A stretch of 64,000 nucleotides of DNA from the IMG/VR virus record IMGVR_UViG_3300020470_001965; one strand, given 5' to 3'. Origin of the DNA: a virus. The notes under the pieces are model-generated. The model searched no databases. It worked only from the letters and a program-made list of their open reading frames with translations, and was not told where the DNA came from. Each line of letters starts with the position of its first letter. The stretch's first letter is position 1. The position numbers and the translations under genes are program-made. Below are positions 7,274-16,963 of the stretch, piece by piece.

Positions 7274-10200
7274 ATGGCAGGGCAGGATATCAGAGATATA
7301 GTAGCAAGATGCTACGAGGGGATGGGTCCATTGCTGAGTCCGAATGCATTGGACCAGTTGAATCCATACACTCCTACTGTTCCTAATGTTGTACAACCAC
7401 AACCATCAGACCCTGCTGCAATTATTAGAGAGTTAGTTGGTCGGTGTTATCAAGCACCAGTAACCAACATGCCTAACCCATTAGACCAGTTGAATCCTCC
7501 ACCAGTGTGGCAACCTCAAGTTATACCAGAGGTACCAACACCTGCTGAAGTTATTCAGACTCTAGTTGGTAGATGCTATCCAGATTTACCACCACTAGAG
7601 CCACCACCTGAGGCACCAGAGCCACCAGATGACTGGACTATCATTGATGTAACAGACCAGATTAAATGGGCTAGAGACTTTGTTGACTTAGATATTGAGA
7701 AGATTATTGTCAAGACACCTGACCCTAATGACCCTAGTGGATTCGTTAGGTGGGATGGTAGTCAGTGTGAAGAGGTATTAAAGTTTAGAAGAAAGAATCT
7801 CCTTAGAGACTTAGGTGATGGATGGTGGCAGCATATTACTACCAATGAGAAGTATTATTGTAAGGATAGTAACTGGAATCCTAATATTAAATGGGAAAAC
7901 TGTGTAAGGAATGCACTAGAGTGTATGTTTAGACCTTACATAGGAGGTAAGTGGACACCACCCAAGGCAGACTGTGAAGGACAGCACAACCAAGGATGGA
8001 GTAGCAATAGAGATGAGATATGTATCAAGAATTGTTATCCAGATAGGTTAGCAGTCTATGAATCTAAGAATGGTAACATCGATAACGCATACCATACATC
8101 TGCTACACCACCAGTAGGTTATACACTCACCAGTAACACGCCAGCATTTTATATACTGGCGAGTGCTGAAGCAGATAAGTCAGTCCCTCTGTTTAAGTAC
8201 TACTCAGGTACCAATCAAGATACTTTTCTAACAACCAACCCAGGTCAACCAGACTCACCTGGAGCAGGTGAGAGAGCAACGATGGATGCTTCTGGCATGG
8301 TATTCGTAGAGCAGATGGGTCATGTATTCAACATGGCAAATGACGCAGGAAGTTACCTAGCAGATGGTGAGGTTGCTAAGCCACTCCATAGATTCTGGAA
8401 GTCATCTCCATTCAATCACAAGTATATGATTGATGCTGATGTGGAAGGCATGAGACCAGAGAGGACAGACAAGTGGGCATATAGTATACCTCAAGAGTGT
8501 AGTGCTGACTTGAGTATCAACCTAGACTGTGAGCATGGGGCAGCAGGGTATGACAATGCACTTGGATTCTACCTAGCAAATGATAGTGGACCTGTTGAGG
8601 GTGTCGTAGTCTTACCATCAGCTAAGAGTGGTGAGCAGATGACCACGGTCACCATAATGTCTGCCATGCTTAACACCTATGGCAATGGAACCATGGGATT
8701 TTTCTTGATCCCTGATGGTGGTGGCCAGAATTCACTTACCTTAGGTCAGTCAGTAAACTTTACTAACCTAGGGAGTGGTAGTGACGCAGGCTTCAGTGCT
8801 ATAGGAATCAGTACTGCACAGTCAAACTACTGCCTATTTTCCGACCGTCGTTGGAACCCAGCAGGCCAGAAAGACTTTACTAAATGGCAAGGCACATCAC
8901 ATCAGATGTGGGAAGACCTTATCAATGGTGACGATGACTATGATGACCTGAAACTATGGCACAATGTCCAGTGGTCTTATAATGGTTGGATATATGAGGG
9001 TGTTACAGGGTATGTGTATGCTGGACCTGCACCTGAAAAGGTAATGAAGAAGTTGCAGGTCAACAAACCATGTGATGACAGAATATTAGCATCATCCTTC
9101 AAGGATATAACTGTCAGACGTATGGATTGTGGTACTAATAACCCAACGATACAATCAAACGCAGAGGACTGGGAGTGTGGTCAGTGTAGTGGAGGTTACG
9201 CACTCAAACTACATGACACTCAGACCATTGAGGTTAAGAAGACATGCACCTTCTGGGTGAAGAGCATGGGTGGTATCACTGGAGGGTTAGAAGCAGACTG
9301 CATTAAATTCACGATGCGTTTTGCCAAGAATGGCCAGGATGTATTCAATAAACAATTTGAGGTCAGGTATTGGCCTAAGATAGGAGAGAATCTAGCAGAC
9401 GTATCAGTTAGTTGTGTACCAGGAGACACTGTAACCTTACAGTTAGTATCAATTGATGTTGGACCTCATACAGGGTTTGTCTCGCCTGGTATGGCACTAT
9501 ATGAAGAGGTCTCAGGTGTCTTCACTGATATGATTAACATATCATTAGGTACACAGGCACATGATGATACCATTGGGTCTACTACTGGAGGCACAGTTGG
9601 TAACCCACTCAACACTTCTATTAATACTGTTACAGGATTCGGTATGCAATTCCGTCCTACTATGAAGGAGGCAGACGAATGGCAGCCAGGATCTAAGGCA
9701 GCAGAGACATGGAATGTTGATGATGATTACTCAAGAGAACCATACACTACTGTATGGTCATCAGGTGCTGCTGTTCCTATGCATGGGTCACTCCAAGTCA
9801 ACCCAGATATACCAGGACAGAGTAGGATAATCAACAATGCATTGATGCCTGACATATCAGGTGCATACATTGATACAGGGTATGTCTATGATGGACAAGA
9901 GTATTTCCTTGACAGTATCCTACCTACATTTAACTATAGAAATCAGACTGGTGTATACAACCACCTACTAGAGGAGCATCTAGTTACGAGGTGGGAAACC
10001 TTAAGTGGTAGTGTAATTTCGGGCAGTGTTAAAGAGCAATTGGCCAAAGCAGCACCGACTGCTTACGCTAAGGTAGTAAGACCTTGGTATGACTTAGGAC
10101 TTGCTAGTTTTGGTGCTGACTTTAATACACAGGTACAAAACACATGGAATGGTACCACTTACTACTCACCTTGTACCTTTATACATGACTACCTATTAGA

Positions 10201-10645
10201 TACTGTTGCTGGCACAGGAGCACCTAGTATTACTGATGCATGTAAGATAAGAATGGGTATCACATTCTACCCAGTCGTTACACAGATATCAGGTAGCAGT
10301 AGGACGGTACACTACTGGCAGGCAATGATACATGTAATAGATGTACTAGATGCAGGGTCAGGGTATAGCGAAGGACAGAAATTTGTGCTACACTGGCCTC
10401 CTATCAGGGATCCTCTGACTGAGAACGCTGCACAGACACCTTACTATCCTGACCAAGAGTCAGTGTTTAAGATGCCTCATACACCAGTGTGCTCTTGGTA
10501 TGAGCAACCTGATATGGTCAAGAGGATGGCGAAGGAAGCTATATACCAGGAGTCACACAATAAAGATAGTGTTGTGTGGTATTACTCTTCGGATAAGAAT
10601 GACTTCCGAGTTAGATTCTCTATTATAATTACAGAAACTACTTAA
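7274..10645 (+). CDS. large virion-type protein with N-terminal Pro-rich repeats and DUF4114-like domain
   Basis: 1123 aa; GYDNALGFY...WEDLINGDDDYDDL; beta-rich composition. Confidence 0.65.
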   Translation: MAGQDIRDIVARCYEGMGPLLSPNALDQLNPYTPTVPNVVQPQPSDPAAIIRELVGRCYQAPVTNMPNPLDQLNPPPVWQPQVIPEVPTPAEVIQTLVGRCYPDLPPLEPPPEAPEPPDDWTIIDVTDQIKWARDFVDLDIEKIIVKTPDPNDPSGFVRWDGSQCEEVLKFRRKNLLRDLGDGWWQHITTNEKYYCKDSNWNPNIKWENCVRNALECMFRPYIGGKWTPPKADCEGQHNQGWSSNRDEICIKNCYPDRLAVYESKNGNIDNAYHTSATPPVGYTLTSNTPAFYILASAEADKSVPLFKYYSGTNQDTFLTTNPGQPDSPGAGERATMDASGMVFVEQMGHVFNMANDAGSYLADGEVAKPLHRFWKSSPFNHKYMIDADVEGMRPERTDKWAYSIPQECSADLSINLDCEHGAAGYDNALGFYLANDSGPVEGVVVLPSAKSGEQMTTVTIMSAMLNTYGNGTMGFFLIPDGGGQNSLTLGQSVNFTNLGSGSDAGFSAIGISTAQSNYCLFSDRRWNPAGQKDFTKWQGTSHQMWEDLINGDDDYDDLKLWHNVQWSYNGWIYEGVTGYVYAGPAPEKVMKKLQVNKPCDDRILASSFKDITVRRMDCGTNNPTIQSNAEDWECGQCSGGYALKLHDTQTIEVKKTCTFWVKSMGGITGGLEADCIKFTMRFAKNGQDVFNKQFEVRYWPKIGENLADVSVSCVPGDTVTLQLVSIDVGPHTGFVSPGMALYEEVSGVFTDMINISLGTQAHDDTIGSTTGGTVGNPLNTSINTVTGFGMQFRPTMKEADEWQPGSKAAETWNVDDDYSREPYTTVWSSGAAVPMHGSLQVNPDIPGQSRIINNALMPDISGAYIDTGYVYDGQEYFLDSILPTFNYRNQTGVYNHLLEEHLVTRWETLSGSVISGSVKEQLAKAAPTAYAKVVRPWYDLGLASFGADFNTQVQNTWNGTTYYSPCTFIHDYLLDTVAGTGAPSITDACKIRMGITFYPVVTQISGSSRTVHYWQAMIHVIDVLDAGSGYSEGQKFVLHWPPIRDPLTENAAQTPYYPDQESVFKMPHTPVCSWYEQPDMVKRMAKEAIYQESHNKDSVVWYYSSDKNDFRVRFSIIITETT

Positions 10646-10646
10646 C

Positions 10647-11009
10647 ATGGCAGAAGGATTCAGTGCAAGAGAGGTAGCCGCTGAAAGGTCTCTCGAAAAA
10701 TCTTCCAAGGAATTGAAGATGCTTAGGAAGGTCATCGAAAAGTATAAGGATGATCCAAAGGGTAAGAGAAAGATGCTCAAGAAGATGCAGAAGTATTGGA
10801 GGAGTCCTATTGCTACCATTAAGGGGTTGGATTATAAACCTAAGGGTAAGGACTGGGAGTTAGACCCTGAGATAGCAGAGAATATCAAGAGTATGGAGGA
10901 GTACATCGACCCACGTGGAGAGGAGGACGATGTAACAACTGTCTTAACAGACGAGCAGGAAGCAGAGTTACGTGCTAAGATGACAAAAACAACCCAAACA
11001 GATGATTAA
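10647..11009 (+). CDS. hypothetical protein
   Basis: 120-aa charged ORF in operon. Confidence 0.7.
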   Translation: MAEGFSAREVAAERSLEKSSKELKMLRKVIEKYKDDPKGKRKMLKKMQKYWRSPIATIKGLDYKPKGKDWELDPEIAENIKSMEEYIDPRGEEDDVTTVLTDEQEAELRAKMTKTTQTDD

Positions 11010-11217
11010 TCTCGATGAAAAGTATCATGATTATTTGACCAGTAGAAAGACACTGAAGATTGACGGTGTAAATGAACGAGTGAGAGGCTACGGTTACGAG
11101 TGTAATGGTAGTGAGATCATAGGATACTATCTGACTACAGATAACTATAAACTATTCTATAATCTTAATGAACAGTTTCTTCGGATGGTGCCAATTGCTG
11201 AACTGTCACAAGGGTAG
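11002..11217 (+). CDS. hypothetical protein
   Basis: 71-aa ORF overlapping previous stop. Confidence 0.7.
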   Translation: MINLDEKYHDYLTSRKTLKIDGVNERVRGYGYECNGSEIIGYYLTTDNYKLFYNLNEQFLRMVPIAELSQG

Positions 11218-11252
11218 TTGACGGATGTCCGAATCATCAAGTATTATAAATA
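11188..11252 (+). promoter_or_regulatory. early-type promoter with upstream dyad, plus late TATAAATA
   Basis: GTGCCAATT-GCTG-AACTGTCAC (11188-11209), 8 nt, TTGACG (11218); TATAAATA 11245-11252. Confidence 0.6.
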
Positions 11253-11254
11253 CT

Positions 11255-11399
11255 TCTTCGATGAAGGACGCTTCATCATTCTTTACATTCCGAATGCCTC
11301 AATTACTCGCGCTAGGTCTGGACGGAGAGAAACCAAGGGAATCATGTCGAGATTCCTGTCATCCGCAGTCCTTGTATTGCGAGACACTTTAACACAATC
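11255..11399 (+). ncRNA. structured cis-regulatory RNA (manA-motif-like) leader
   Basis: Non-coding leader with GATGAAG/CTTCATC hairpin and TGTC..GACA, CTCGC/GCGAG complementarity; resembles the cyanophage manA RNA as remembered. Confidence 0.55.
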
Positions 11400-11783
11400 A
11401 TGTCAATCAAATCAACAATCGCAGCACTAGCTGCCTCACCATTTCTACTCGCTGGAGCCGCTTTTGCTGGTCCTTACGTGAACGTAGAAGCTAACGTTTC
11501 CTATCCAGATGGAGACTATAGTGGTGCAACTACAGACGCTCACGTAGGTTACGAAGGTGACCTCTCTGAGACTGCTTCCTTCTACGTACAGGGTGGACCT
11601 GCATTCGTAGCTAAGGATGGTTCTGATACAGAAACAGAACTATCAGGAAAGGTAGGCGTTAACATCGCTGCTACTGAGTCCTTCGGAGTATACGGAGAGC
11701 TCGCTGGAATCACCAACGAGGACAGCAATGGCGACGGAATCGTTGACTGGGCTGCTAAGATCGGTGGTAAGTTCACCTTCTGA
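11400..11783 (+). CDS. small outer-membrane beta-barrel-like protein
   Basis: Signal peptide (AAFA|GPYVNVEAN), alternating beta strands, C-terminal KFTF. Confidence 0.8.
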   Translation: MSIKSTIAALAASPFLLAGAAFAGPYVNVEANVSYPDGDYSGATTDAHVGYEGDLSETASFYVQGGPAFVAKDGSDTETELSGKVGVNIAATESFGVYGELAGITNEDSNGDGIVDWAAKIGGKFTF

Positions 11784-11803
11784 TAAGCAGAACATATCTA
11801 AAT

Positions 11804-11830
11804 AAAGGGTCACTTAGGTGACCCTTTTTT
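11804..11830 (+). terminator. rho-independent terminator
   Basis: AAAGGGTCAC-TTAG-GTGACCCTTT followed by T run. Confidence 0.85.
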
Positions 11831-11848
11831 CTTTTCTACCTTATTAAT

Positions 11849-12100
11849 ATGGCCAAACAAATAGGAAACACCGCAATCTATACTCGACCAGGGTGTGCAT
11901 TCTGTACGAAGATTAAGGAAGTTTACAAATCTAAAGGGTGGGGCTTTGCAGAATACGTTTTAGATGTTAACTTTACTAGGCAGCAGTTTCAAACCGAGTT
12001 TGGTATGAATGCTACCTTCCCTCAAGTTATCATTGCGGGACACAAAATGGGTGGATGTACTGAAACTGTTAAATACCTGCGAGAAAATAGTTATCTATGA
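11849..12100 (+). CDS. nrdC: glutaredoxin
   Basis: CAFC, TFPQV, GGCTE. Confidence 0.92.
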   Translation: MAKQIGNTAIYTRPGCAFCTKIKEVYKSKGWGFAEYVLDVNFTRQQFQTEFGMNATFPQVIIAGHKMGGCTETVKYLRENSYL

Positions 12101-12450
12101 TAGTAATGGATTCTACTGAAGAACTCTATACTCTTATCGACCGTAGCATTGATGAAGCAATGTTTAACGGTCGATTTATGTTTAAGATGTATGATTATCT
12201 GAAGTCGAGCAAGTGGACACGTAAAGCAACAGGTGAACTACTAGAGTCATCATCCATGCAAGAATTAAAAGGTGTGGTCAATGAGTTGAGTCAATACATT
12301 GCACGTGACACATACATGACAGAAGCATACAGTAACATACCTAAGCCACAAGCAAGGAAGATAAGGAAATATTTTCAGAGTATGATAGATGATGCACAGT
12401 TATACTATGACACTCATAAACCAGGGCGTCCTCGTAAACGTGCTAAATAA
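12097..12450 (+). CDS. conserved cyanophage-type hypothetical protein
   Basis: EAYSNIPKPQARKIRKY...KPGRPRK. Confidence 0.75.
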   Translation: MIVMDSTEELYTLIDRSIDEAMFNGRFMFKMYDYLKSSKWTRKATGELLESSSMQELKGVVNELSQYIARDTYMTEAYSNIPKPQARKIRKYFQSMIDDAQLYYDTHKPGRPRKRAK

Positions 12451-12473
12451 GTTCAATAACATAGGAGGAACAG

Positions 12474-12710
12474 ATGGAGTTAACTTTTTTATACACCAGT
12501 TTCTTCTTGACAATCGGAAGTTTTCTGCTAGGATTCATAGTATCCTGGAATCTTAAGCACATCTATGATGAGTGGAGAGCAAGAGCAGACTATGCTGCTG
12601 TCGTTATGCACCCTGAGATGCAAACAGATAATGGACCTGTAGACCCATCCGAGTTGTTATACTTGCGTATCACCGACGATGATGATACAATAGAAGATGA
12701 TGAAGATTAA
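12474..12710 (+). CDS. membrane protein (DUF2973-like)
   Basis: AGGAGG SD; TM, HPEM motif, acidic tail. Confidence 0.7.
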   Translation: MELTFLYTSFFLTIGSFLLGFIVSWNLKHIYDEWRARADYAAVVMHPEMQTDNGPVDPSELLYLRITDDDDTIEDDED

Positions 12711-12724
12711 CCGTTGAGCTCAAT

Positions 12725-13165
12725 ATGAAACTGATGATTTCTGAAGTGCTTCAGAAAGCACATAATGCAAAAACAAAAAAGGAAAAGATTAAAATCCTAC
12801 AGGATAACAATACTCCTGCACTAAGGATGGTCTTCGTCGCTAACTTTGACGACTCCTTGGTACCACGTGTCCCTCTCGGTGAGGACGTACCTTATCGTAA
12901 GAATGAGGCACCTAAAGGTACAGAGCACACCCTTCTTGAGAAGGAGGCATCAAAGATGTACTATTATTTCAAGGGTGGTGCTGATAACGTAGCGACGATG
13001 AAGGTAGAGAGTATGTTTATCCAACTGCTTGAAGGACTGCATGAGTCAGAAGCAGAGGTAGTTATTAAAGCAATCAATAAGACTCTTCATAAGAAGTATC
13101 GAATCACCCACGCTGTTGTTAAGGAAGCATTCCCTAGCATTGAGTGGGGTGGTAGAGGTAGATGA
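12725..13165 (+). CDS. conserved T4-like cyanophage hypothetical protein
   Basis: ISEVLQK..TKKEKIKIL..ESMFIQLLEGLH..EAE. Confidence 0.8.
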   Translation: MKLMISEVLQKAHNAKTKKEKIKILQDNNTPALRMVFVANFDDSLVPRVPLGEDVPYRKNEAPKGTEHTLLEKEASKMYYYFKGGADNVATMKVESMFIQLLEGLHESEAEVVIKAINKTLHKKYRITHAVVKEAFPSIEWGGRGR

Positions 13166-13482
13166 AATTAACCGAGGAGCAAATCTCAACCATCAATACT
13201 GCTGGTGGGGGTTGTTATATTATCCAGACTGGTATCACACCTGATGCTGCTGAGGATAAGCAACTACCCACCAATGCATACCTTATGGAATGTGAGAAGG
13301 ATGGAGACATATGGTTTGATGTTGTTATGGGTGACACCGTAGGAATATTTGACACATATTATGATCTGCTTGGCAATGTCATCAAGAAGATGTCATACTG
13401 TAAGGGTACAAGACCACCTCACATGTGGAATGCAACTCCACCTAAGAAACAAAAAGAAAAACCACCCAAGAGGAAACAATAG
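13162..13482 (+). CDS. hypothetical protein
   Basis: Coupled ORF (LPTNAYL..IFDTYYD). Confidence 0.7.
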   Translation: MKLTEEQISTINTAGGGCYIIQTGITPDAAEDKQLPTNAYLMECEKDGDIWFDVVMGDTVGIFDTYYDLLGNVIKKMSYCKGTRPPHMWNATPPKKQKEKPPKRKQ

Positions 13483-13719
13483 ATGCCCATCTACAGAGAC
13501 TACGAGATTCGTATTAACCTCAACGAGTTAGTTGAGCAACGTATCCCTGTGTGTAATGCTCTACACCCTGACCACTGCCTAACAGAGGAGCAGGAAGACC
13601 AGATAGCACATGGAATACGACAAGAGTTGGACCTGACTCCCATTTATGACCAAGTTGATGCTAAGATAAGAGAGTTCTGCGAAGCAGCACACATTGAAAT
13701 GCCATGTGAATGCCCATGA
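13483..13719 (+). CDS. hypothetical protein
   Basis: Directly abutting ORF (MPIYRDYEIRINLNEL). Confidence 0.7.
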   Translation: MPIYRDYEIRINLNELVEQRIPVCNALHPDHCLTEEQEDQIAHGIRQELDLTPIYDQVDAKIREFCEAAHIEMPCECP

Positions 13720-13976
13720 CTGTATACATTGACCCTCGCCGTAAGGTAGAGGCACCTACAGAATTAACTCCAGAAGAATTGGAGAAGAAAAGAAATGAAG
13801 AATTGGGGATGAAAGTTGTGCAGACGTTTGCTACTCTAACTCTCTCACCCCTAGTCGTTATGTTGATATGGAACTGGGTGATACCTACTCTGTTTGGACT
13901 ACCTACCCTGACATACTTCACAGCACTAGGACTCTACTTACTATGTAAAATATTATTCACAAATAATAATGACTAA
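13710..13976 (+). CDS. hypothetical membrane protein
   Basis: Two TM segments (WNWVIPTLFGL). Confidence 0.7.
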   Translation: MPMTVYIDPRRKVEAPTELTPEELEKKRNEELGMKVVQTFATLTLSPLVVMLIWNWVIPTLFGLPTLTYFTALGLYLLCKILFTNNND

Positions 13977-14676
13977 AGTATGTTTGGTTACTGTCACACC
14001 TGACGCTGAAAAAACTATCGGATACATCGCAAGAGTATCTAACCCTAACAACCAAGACAACCCGAAGGTTGCTGGTCTATTAAAGTATTGCATCAAGCAT
14101 GGACACTGGTCTATCTTTGAGCAAGCACACATGACGTTGGAGATTAATACGACACGTGGTATTGCTGCACAGATACTGAGGCACAGGTCATTCACCTTCC
14201 AAGAGTTTAGTCAGAGATATGCTGACACTAATCTCCTTGAGCCACCAGTTATACCTGAGTTGCGTAGACAGGATTTGAAAAATAGACAGAATAGTATAGA
14301 TGACATCCCAGAAACCGAGCGAGCCTTTTTACAAGGCCGAATTAAACAATACTTTGATGAAGGACAAGCCCTCTACAATGACTTACTTTCTAGCGGGATT
14401 GCAAAAGAGTGTGCGAGATTTGTGCTCCCCTTGGCTACTAGTACTCGTATCTATATGTCTGGTTCTGTAAGGAGTTGGATGCACTATATACAACTACGCA
14501 CTGCCAATGGTACACAGAAGGAGCACATGGACATAGCAAACCTATGTCGTGACCACTTCATCTGTAACTTCCCCATCACATCTAAAGCATTGGGATGGTG
14601 TCCTGATGTTGAAGACTGTGACTGTCGTTATGATAACGACTGGGGTGACACACAACCATGCTTAAGGATAGACTAA
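13969..14676 (+). CDS. thyX: flavin-dependent thymidylate synthase
   Basis: HGHWSIFE, QILRHRSFTFQEFSQRY, ARFVLP, QKEH. Confidence 0.97.
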   Translation: MTKVCLVTVTPDAEKTIGYIARVSNPNNQDNPKVAGLLKYCIKHGHWSIFEQAHMTLEINTTRGIAAQILRHRSFTFQEFSQRYADTNLLEPPVIPELRRQDLKNRQNSIDDIPETERAFLQGRIKQYFDEGQALYNDLLSSGIAKECARFVLPLATSTRIYMSGSVRSWMHYIQLRTANGTQKEHMDIANLCRDHFICNFPITSKALGWCPDVEDCDCRYDNDWGDTQPCLRID

Positions 14677-14906
14677 TGCCAACATACCCTGTTATAAATA
14701 AATCCACAGGAGAGACTAAAGAACTCTCTATGACCATGCAAGAGTATTGTGACTGGAAGGATGCGAATCCTGACTGGGACAAGGACTGGTCTCAAGGGAC
14801 TGGTGGAGTGACATATGGAAACCCTAAACAATCGGACGGCTTCAAAGAAGTAATGAGTAAAGTACAAGAGAAACATCCAGGTGCTAACCTTTCTAGGTTT
14901 ACTTAA
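14676..14906 (+). CDS. conserved hypothetical protein
   Basis: MPTYPVINKSTGE..SDGFKEVMSKV..HPGAN; TAATG coupling. Confidence 0.75.
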   Translation: MPTYPVINKSTGETKELSMTMQEYCDWKDANPDWDKDWSQGTGGVTYGNPKQSDGFKEVMSKVQEKHPGANLSRFT

Positions 14907-14908
14907 TT

Positions 14909-15673
14909 ATGCCAGCAAGAAAGAAGAATGGTAACGGTAATGGGACTCCTAATGGGAGTACCCTATCTAAAAGACAGATGAAACGCAAGCCTATCAACCT
15001 TGATCACCTTAAGGTGATTGAACCGTTGACAGATAACCAAACAAAGGTCTTTGATGCGTTTGATGAAGGTAAGAATTTAATATTGCATGGTTGTGCAGGG
15101 ACAGGTAAGACATTTATCAGTCTCTACTTATCACTCAAGCAGGTGCTAGACCAAGCTACACCATACGATAAGATTTATATGGTGCGTAGTCTTGTGCCTA
15201 CAAGAGAGATTGGTTTCCTACCTGGAGACCATGAAGATAAGAGTGACCTCTATCAGATACCATACCGTAACATGGTGAAATACATGTTTAGTATGCCAGA
15301 TGAGGTCACATTTAACGGGCTGTATGACAACCTACGTGGCCAGGATTCTATATCTTTCTGGTCTACATCATTCTTACGTGGTGTCACCCTTGACAATGCT
15401 ATTATAATAGTAGATGAGTTTAGTAATCTAAACTTCCATGAGTTAGATAGTATCACCACTCGTGTTGGTCAAAACTCTAGGATTATATTCTGTGGAGATT
15501 ACACACAGTCTGACCTAGTTAAAACCAATGAGAGGTCTGGTGTGCTAGACTTCATGAAGATATGCAGACAGATGCCATCGTTTGAGATGGTTGAGTTTGA
15601 GATACCAGACATCGTTAGGTCTGGTTTCATAAAGGAATATCTTATTAGTAAAATCAACCTTGGAATTGCCTGA
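14909..15673 (+). CDS. phoH: PhoH-like ATPase
   Basis: GCAGTGKT, GFLPG, SFLRGVT, IIVDE, TRVG, GDxxQSD, DIVRSG. Confidence 0.96.
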   Translation: MPARKKNGNGNGTPNGSTLSKRQMKRKPINLDHLKVIEPLTDNQTKVFDAFDEGKNLILHGCAGTGKTFISLYLSLKQVLDQATPYDKIYMVRSLVPTREIGFLPGDHEDKSDLYQIPYRNMVKYMFSMPDEVTFNGLYDNLRGQDSISFWSTSFLRGVTLDNAIIIVDEFSNLNFHELDSITTRVGQNSRIIFCGDYTQSDLVKTNERSGVLDFMKICRQMPSFEMVEFEIPDIVRSGFIKEYLISKINLGIA

Positions 15674-16341
15674 TGTTTAATTATGTTGGTCCTGCTAAGC
15701 CTCTAACGGAGGTAAGCAGTAGGACACTTGATGAAGGTCGCTTCTATAAGATTGATGACAAGTGGATGCCATCTGTCACAACAGTCGTAGGACACCAATC
15801 AAAAGCTGGTATACTAGAGTGGCAGGACCGTGTAGGTTTTGCTAAAGCAGAGCAGATTAGACGCTCGTCTGCCTGGCGTGGCACTCAGTACCACAATCTA
15901 GTAGAGCACTATTTAAAGAATGAATTGGAGGAAGTTGAAAAAAGCGAGGGTCTTCCCACGTACCTTTTTAGGGCTGCTCGTGAGACTCTTGATCGTATTT
16001 CTAATATTCATTGCATTGAGGCCCCTCTTTTTTCTCGTCGTCTGGGGATTGCTGGTCGTGTTGATTGCATTGCTGAGTTTGATTCTGAGCTTAGCATCAT
16101 AGATTTCAAGACAACCAAGCAACTCAAGAAGGTAGAGCACCTAGAGAAATTCTTTGTGCAGGAAGCAGCATATGCTTACATGTATTATGAATTGACTGGT
16201 GTTGAGGTGGACAAACTTGTGACACTATCTGTTGCTGAAGATGGAAGTGTGCAAGTTGAGCAAAGATATGATAAAGTAGAGTATATTGACACCTTAATCG
16301 ATTGGATTACTGAATATCATGAAAGTCTCAATGCAGCGTGA
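15673..16341 (+). CDS. PD-(D/E)xK exonuclease
   Basis: PSVTTV, RGTxxH, AGRVD, IIDFKT, QxxAY; usual position after phoH. Confidence 0.88.
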   Translation: MFNYVGPAKPLTEVSSRTLDEGRFYKIDDKWMPSVTTVVGHQSKAGILEWQDRVGFAKAEQIRRSSAWRGTQYHNLVEHYLKNELEEVEKSEGLPTYLFRAARETLDRISNIHCIEAPLFSRRLGIAGRVDCIAEFDSELSIIDFKTTKQLKKVEHLEKFFVQEAAYAYMYYELTGVEVDKLVTLSVAEDGSVQVEQRYDKVEYIDTLIDWITEYHESLNAA

Positions 16342-16963
16342 AGATGTTTTAGGTGTACCTTTCTATCGTTTTTATTACGATGAAGATAAGGTACCAGGTA
16401 TCCTAGAGTCACTACAGAAACTAGAGTACCGTGACAACAGCACCAATGAAATCTGGGTCGGTGTTGATGATAGTGGTGAAGGAGGAAGTGACCTCTACAA
16501 TTACCCAGACTTCGCTGATTTATTCGCGTGGATGCAGGAGTGCATGGCCGAAGTTGCTAAAGACTTGAACATTCCAAACAAATTGGTATGTAATGCTGCA
16601 TGGTCTCATAGAAACAAGCAGCATCAATTCTTCTACGACCATACACACTACAATACTATGTTTAGTAGCAACTACTATGCATCAGGTGTACCAGAAGATA
16701 AGACACAGTGGTTCTATCCTAATCCTTACTTCCATTACACTAACCTCTATCCATTAGGGGACTACACAGAAGACAAATATATGTTAAACTGGATGGAAGA
16801 TACTGAACCTGGTAAGTTTATAGTCTTCCCGCCTATGATAAGGCATCGAGCATGGGCTAACACATCACCAGAAGATCGTATTACTATTGCAGCGAACTGG
16901 TTTCCAACAGGTAATATTAATGCATCTGGTGTCTCTCATCTAAAGGTGGACGTTATACAATGA
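16319..16963 (+). CDS. putative 2OG-Fe(II) oxygenase (TIGR02466-like)
   Basis: HTH..FSSNYY..FPPMIRH..RITIAAN. Confidence 0.8.
   Translation: MKVSMQREDVLGVPFYRFYYDEDKVPGILESLQKLEYRDNSTNEIWVGVDDSGEGGSDLYNYPDFADLFAWMQECMAEVAKDLNIPNKLVCNAAWSHRNKQHQFFYDHTHYNTMFSSNYYASGVPEDKTQWFYPNPYFHYTNLYPLGDYTEDKYMLNWMEDTEPGKFIVFPPMIRHRAWANTSPEDRITIAANWFPTGNINASGVSHLKVDVIQ

Noticed and set aside
11218-11430. 70-aa TTG-start ORF
   Set aside because: Coincides with promoter and structured RNA leader; no SD or protein-like features.
15673-16341. Cas4 / CRISPR system
   Set aside because: Standard phage exonuclease after phoH; no Fe-S Cys set, cas genes or repeat-spacer array seen.
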